Position numbers and translations under genes: made by a program. A stretch of DNA of 64,000 nucleotides from a virus. A model generated the notes under the pieces. It made no database searches, was not told where the DNA came from, and was given only the letters and a program-made list of their open reading frames with translations. Every line of letters starts with the position of its first letter. Position 1 is the stretch's first letter. The stretch is taken from the IMG/VR virus record IMGVR_UViG_3300045988_180522. One strand, given 5' to 3'. This document shows, one piece after another, positions 61,707 to 64,000 of this stretch.

Positions 61707-62543
61707 ATGGAAATTATTGAAAAAGAAAAAGTAAAAGAAGTTCCTGCTGACTACTTCTGTGATAAGTATGGCCGCAGGGAAGACGACTATTATTATGGTC
61801 GCAGGAATGTCAATGGTAAAGCCAATGCGGCATTATCATTAGGCATCGTAGGTACTGTTCTCGGCGGACTGGCCTTATGGGGAAGGAACAGAGTAGGTGC
61901 CGGAGTATTCGGTGGGTCATCAGTTCCTGCAAATGTAAATATCAACGGAGTTGATGCCATGAATGGGTACAGCACTACAGGAACCAGATGTTCAGGTCCG
62001 AATGCCTGGGAAGCATGGCAGAAAGGATGCGAGGACACCCTGGCTTTACAGAAAGGATTATATGACTGGGCCCTGGTACAGCAAAATCAAAGGTTCCAGG
62101 ACAGGCAGACACTGGATTCAGAGTTTTTCAGCCTTTACAAATCACAGGTAGATGCTGACTTCGGATTGTACAAATCCACCCGTGACGGATTTGACATCCT
62201 CAATAACAAGCAGATTGATATTGCATTCAATCTGTACAAGAATTCCCGTGACCAGTATGATGATCTGGCCAAACAGATCTCAGATCTCAGGGCCCATGTT
62301 GCTGTAACCGATGCAGTACGTCCTTATCAGGACAAGCTCCTGCAATGCGAAATTAACAGTGCCAAAACACTGGGAGCCTTCGAGGATGAAAGGATTATCA
62401 ACCTGATTTACAGGCTTGACTGTCGTAACATTAAGGGTATCAACTGTTTGCCTACTGAACCTACAGTTACTGGATTACCTTCCAATAATCCCTGCTGCTG
62501 CCAGAGACAGACTACCACTACCCCTGCCCCGTCAGCAGAATAA
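61707..62543 (+). CDS. hypothetical protein
   Basis: ORF track. Confidence 0.5.
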   Translation: MEIIEKEKVKEVPADYFCDKYGRREDDYYYGRRNVNGKANAALSLGIVGTVLGGLALWGRNRVGAGVFGGSSVPANVNINGVDAMNGYSTTGTRCSGPNAWEAWQKGCEDTLALQKGLYDWALVQQNQRFQDRQTLDSEFFSLYKSQVDADFGLYKSTRDGFDILNNKQIDIAFNLYKNSRDQYDDLAKQISDLRAHVAVTDAVRPYQDKLLQCEINSAKTLGAFEDERIINLIYRLDCRNIKGINCLPTEPTVTGLPSNNPCCCQRQTTTTPAPSAE

Positions 62544-62603
62544 CAGACAAAACAAAACAGGGGACTCCGGGTCCCCTGATTTAACACTTAAACATTAAAA
62601 GAT

Positions 62604-63110
62604 ATGATCCCACAACCTACAAATAACATATTTCTCGGAGGAGATCCTCTTCTCAACACTTCGTCACTGGATGCTCAGATCAGTGCTCTCAAGGATCTTG
62701 CACAAAGATATGAAGCTGCCAGACAACAGATGCCACAATCCACTCTCCAGGCCCCTCCTCAGCAACAGGTAAAGCAGAGATTATTATGGGACGAGATAGA
62801 TTCTGAAATCAGCCCTATGACTGATGAGCAGAAATCAAGACTGTTCAATGATGAGGACTATGCCACCAATTACAATATTCTACAGTCTATGGTACAAACC
62901 GAACTGCTGAATCTTGTAAAGGGAAGGATAGAACAAAGCCAGGAAGGACATGAGCTGTTGTCTTCACAGCTGAGAATTGTAAGAAAGCTGAAAAGCAAGA
63001 TAGTAGATGATACCAATAAGGAAATGGAATTATTCAGAAAATTCCGGGAATTCAGTAAATCCCATCCTGAGGTTACCTATGAAGAATTTATTAAATCACA
63101 ACTGGGATGA
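62604..63110 (+). CDS. hypothetical protein
   Basis: ORF track. Confidence 0.5.
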   Translation: MIPQPTNNIFLGGDPLLNTSSLDAQISALKDLAQRYEAARQQMPQSTLQAPPQQQVKQRLLWDEIDSEISPMTDEQKSRLFNDEDYATNYNILQSMVQTELLNLVKGRIEQSQEGHELLSSQLRIVRKLKSKIVDDTNKEMELFRKFREFSKSHPEVTYEEFIKSQLG

Positions 63111-63496
63111 TTACTAAGCAGGCACTACTTGAGAGGATATATACATATCTGTCCGGAAAGATAGATATACTGGCTAATGATAATCCTATGATAGGATTCG
63201 TCAGGCCCTTGATTGTAAAAGGATTGAAGAGGAAACTGGCTAAATTCGGCAGTTTTATGGATGATTTTGCCGAAGATGACGGAACCTTTGATGTAGAAGG
63301 TACCCTTGGAGAAATGGTAAAGAGTGTGTCCAACATCAAGCCATTCAATCTGGATCTTCCTGTAATAGGCAACGTAGGTATAGGAGGAGGGAATATAAGG
63401 TTTTCTCTTCCACTTGTAGATAAAGAGATAGTGTTTAATCAGGGAGATCTGGATGAACTGATAGGAGTACTAACAGATAAAATAAACGTATCATGA
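63107..63496 (+). CDS. hypothetical protein
   Basis: ORF track; ATGA coupling. Confidence 0.5.
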   Translation: MITKQALLERIYTYLSGKIDILANDNPMIGFVRPLIVKGLKRKLAKFGSFMDDFAEDDGTFDVEGTLGEMVKSVSNIKPFNLDLPVIGNVGIGGGNIRFSLPLVDKEIVFNQGDLDELIGVLTDKINVS

Positions 63497-64000
63497 AAGA
63501 AATATATTTAGATGATGAAAGATCTGCATATCAATACAGTGACAGGCATATGTCTCCTGAGGAAGAAAGGAGATATGCCGAGGATCTTTACAGAAAAACC
63601 CACGGGTATCCTTCTGAAGGATATCACAGAAAAAGTACTCACCATACCATGGAAACTCCTGTCTCCTTTATTGATATGGCAGAAGAATACGGAGGTCATG
63701 GTGGTTCTGTCAGACAATTCTTCGACAGGATACAATACCATTTCAACCACATGGATGAAGAGGAGAAATCAGAGTTCAAGGATATGATGAAAAAGCTCCA
63801 TGAGGGGCTTAGTGGCGGCCATTTCAATGAATCATACGGACGCCATGAAGTGTCTAAGATGTTCCACATCGAGGGTAACAAAAAGTATGTAGGAGAGAAA
63901 TTCGATATGAATAAGGCCAGGGAGGTAAAGGAAATGTATAAATCCATTATTCCTGACAAGTACACTCTGGCTGATGTATATGTGGCTATTAATTCCCAGT
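63493..64000 (+). CDS. hypothetical protein, 3-prime partial (runs off window)
   Basis: ATG at 63493 overlapping previous stop; open frame to nt 64000; His-rich. Confidence 0.5.
   Translation, partial: MKEIYLDDERSAYQYSDRHMSPEEERRYAEDLYRKTHGYPSEGYHRKSTHHTMETPVSFIDMAEEYGGHGGSVRQFFDRIQYHFNHMDEEEKSEFKDMMKKLHEGLSGGHFNESYGRHEVSKMFHIEGNKKYVGEKFDMNKAREVKEMYKSIIPDKYTLADVYVAINSQ

Noticed and set aside
1-64000. Stop-codon reassignment (TAG or TGA recoding), as reported for some crAss-like lineages
   Set aside because: Long ORFs terminate normally with all three stops and there is no systematic in-frame TAG/TGA within conserved domains.

Overview
This window is a gene-dense stretch of a tailed dsDNA bacteriophage genome, not a bacterial chromosome. 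The promoter style (TTTG-N20-TAnnTTTG) and the AT-rich codon usage point to a Bacteroidota host, and the architecture resembles crAss-like phages.

Two oppositely oriented gene blocks diverge from a 2.6-kb control region at about 36.5-39.1 kb. That region carries tandem C-rich ~37-bp repeats, G-rich tracts, two copies of a perfect 12-bp palindrome and a canonical Bacteroides promoter.

The minus block (36.5 kb down to 6.4 kb) is a replication and nucleic-acid-metabolism module. Next to the control region it opens with four tandem, fast-diverging paralogs, one of them frameshifted. It then encodes an SF2 helicase, a DnaB-like ATPase, a P-loop ATPase, a Toprim-like primase candidate, an E1-like (ThiF) protein adjacent to a JAB/MPN metalloprotease, uracil-DNA glycosylase, two PD-(D/E)xK nucleases and a membrane-anchored retropepsin-like protease. 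It also carries a family-A DNA polymerase that appears split into four exons by three intervening sequences, each holding a homing endonuclease (two LAGLIDADG, one HNH). Further along are a radical SAM enzyme, a DUF551 protein and a duplicated gene pair.

The plus block (39.1 kb to the window end, wrapping to 1-6.4 kb) is a morphogenesis and lysis module. It begins with a phage-encoded GroEL homolog and an atypical tRNA-Arg(CCU). It continues with the large terminase, a probable portal, collagen-like and tail-fiber proteins (one 1384 aa with a C-terminal S74 intramolecular chaperone), a lysis-like cassette and two very large proteins of 788+ and 1331 aa.

The most unexpected observation is at the DNA level. 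The GC-rich palindrome CCNGGNCCNGG occurs 14 times, with many more half-sites, in a genome where roughly 0.1 copies are expected by chance. I see no CRISPR array, no integrase, no reverse transcriptase and no stop-codon reassignment.
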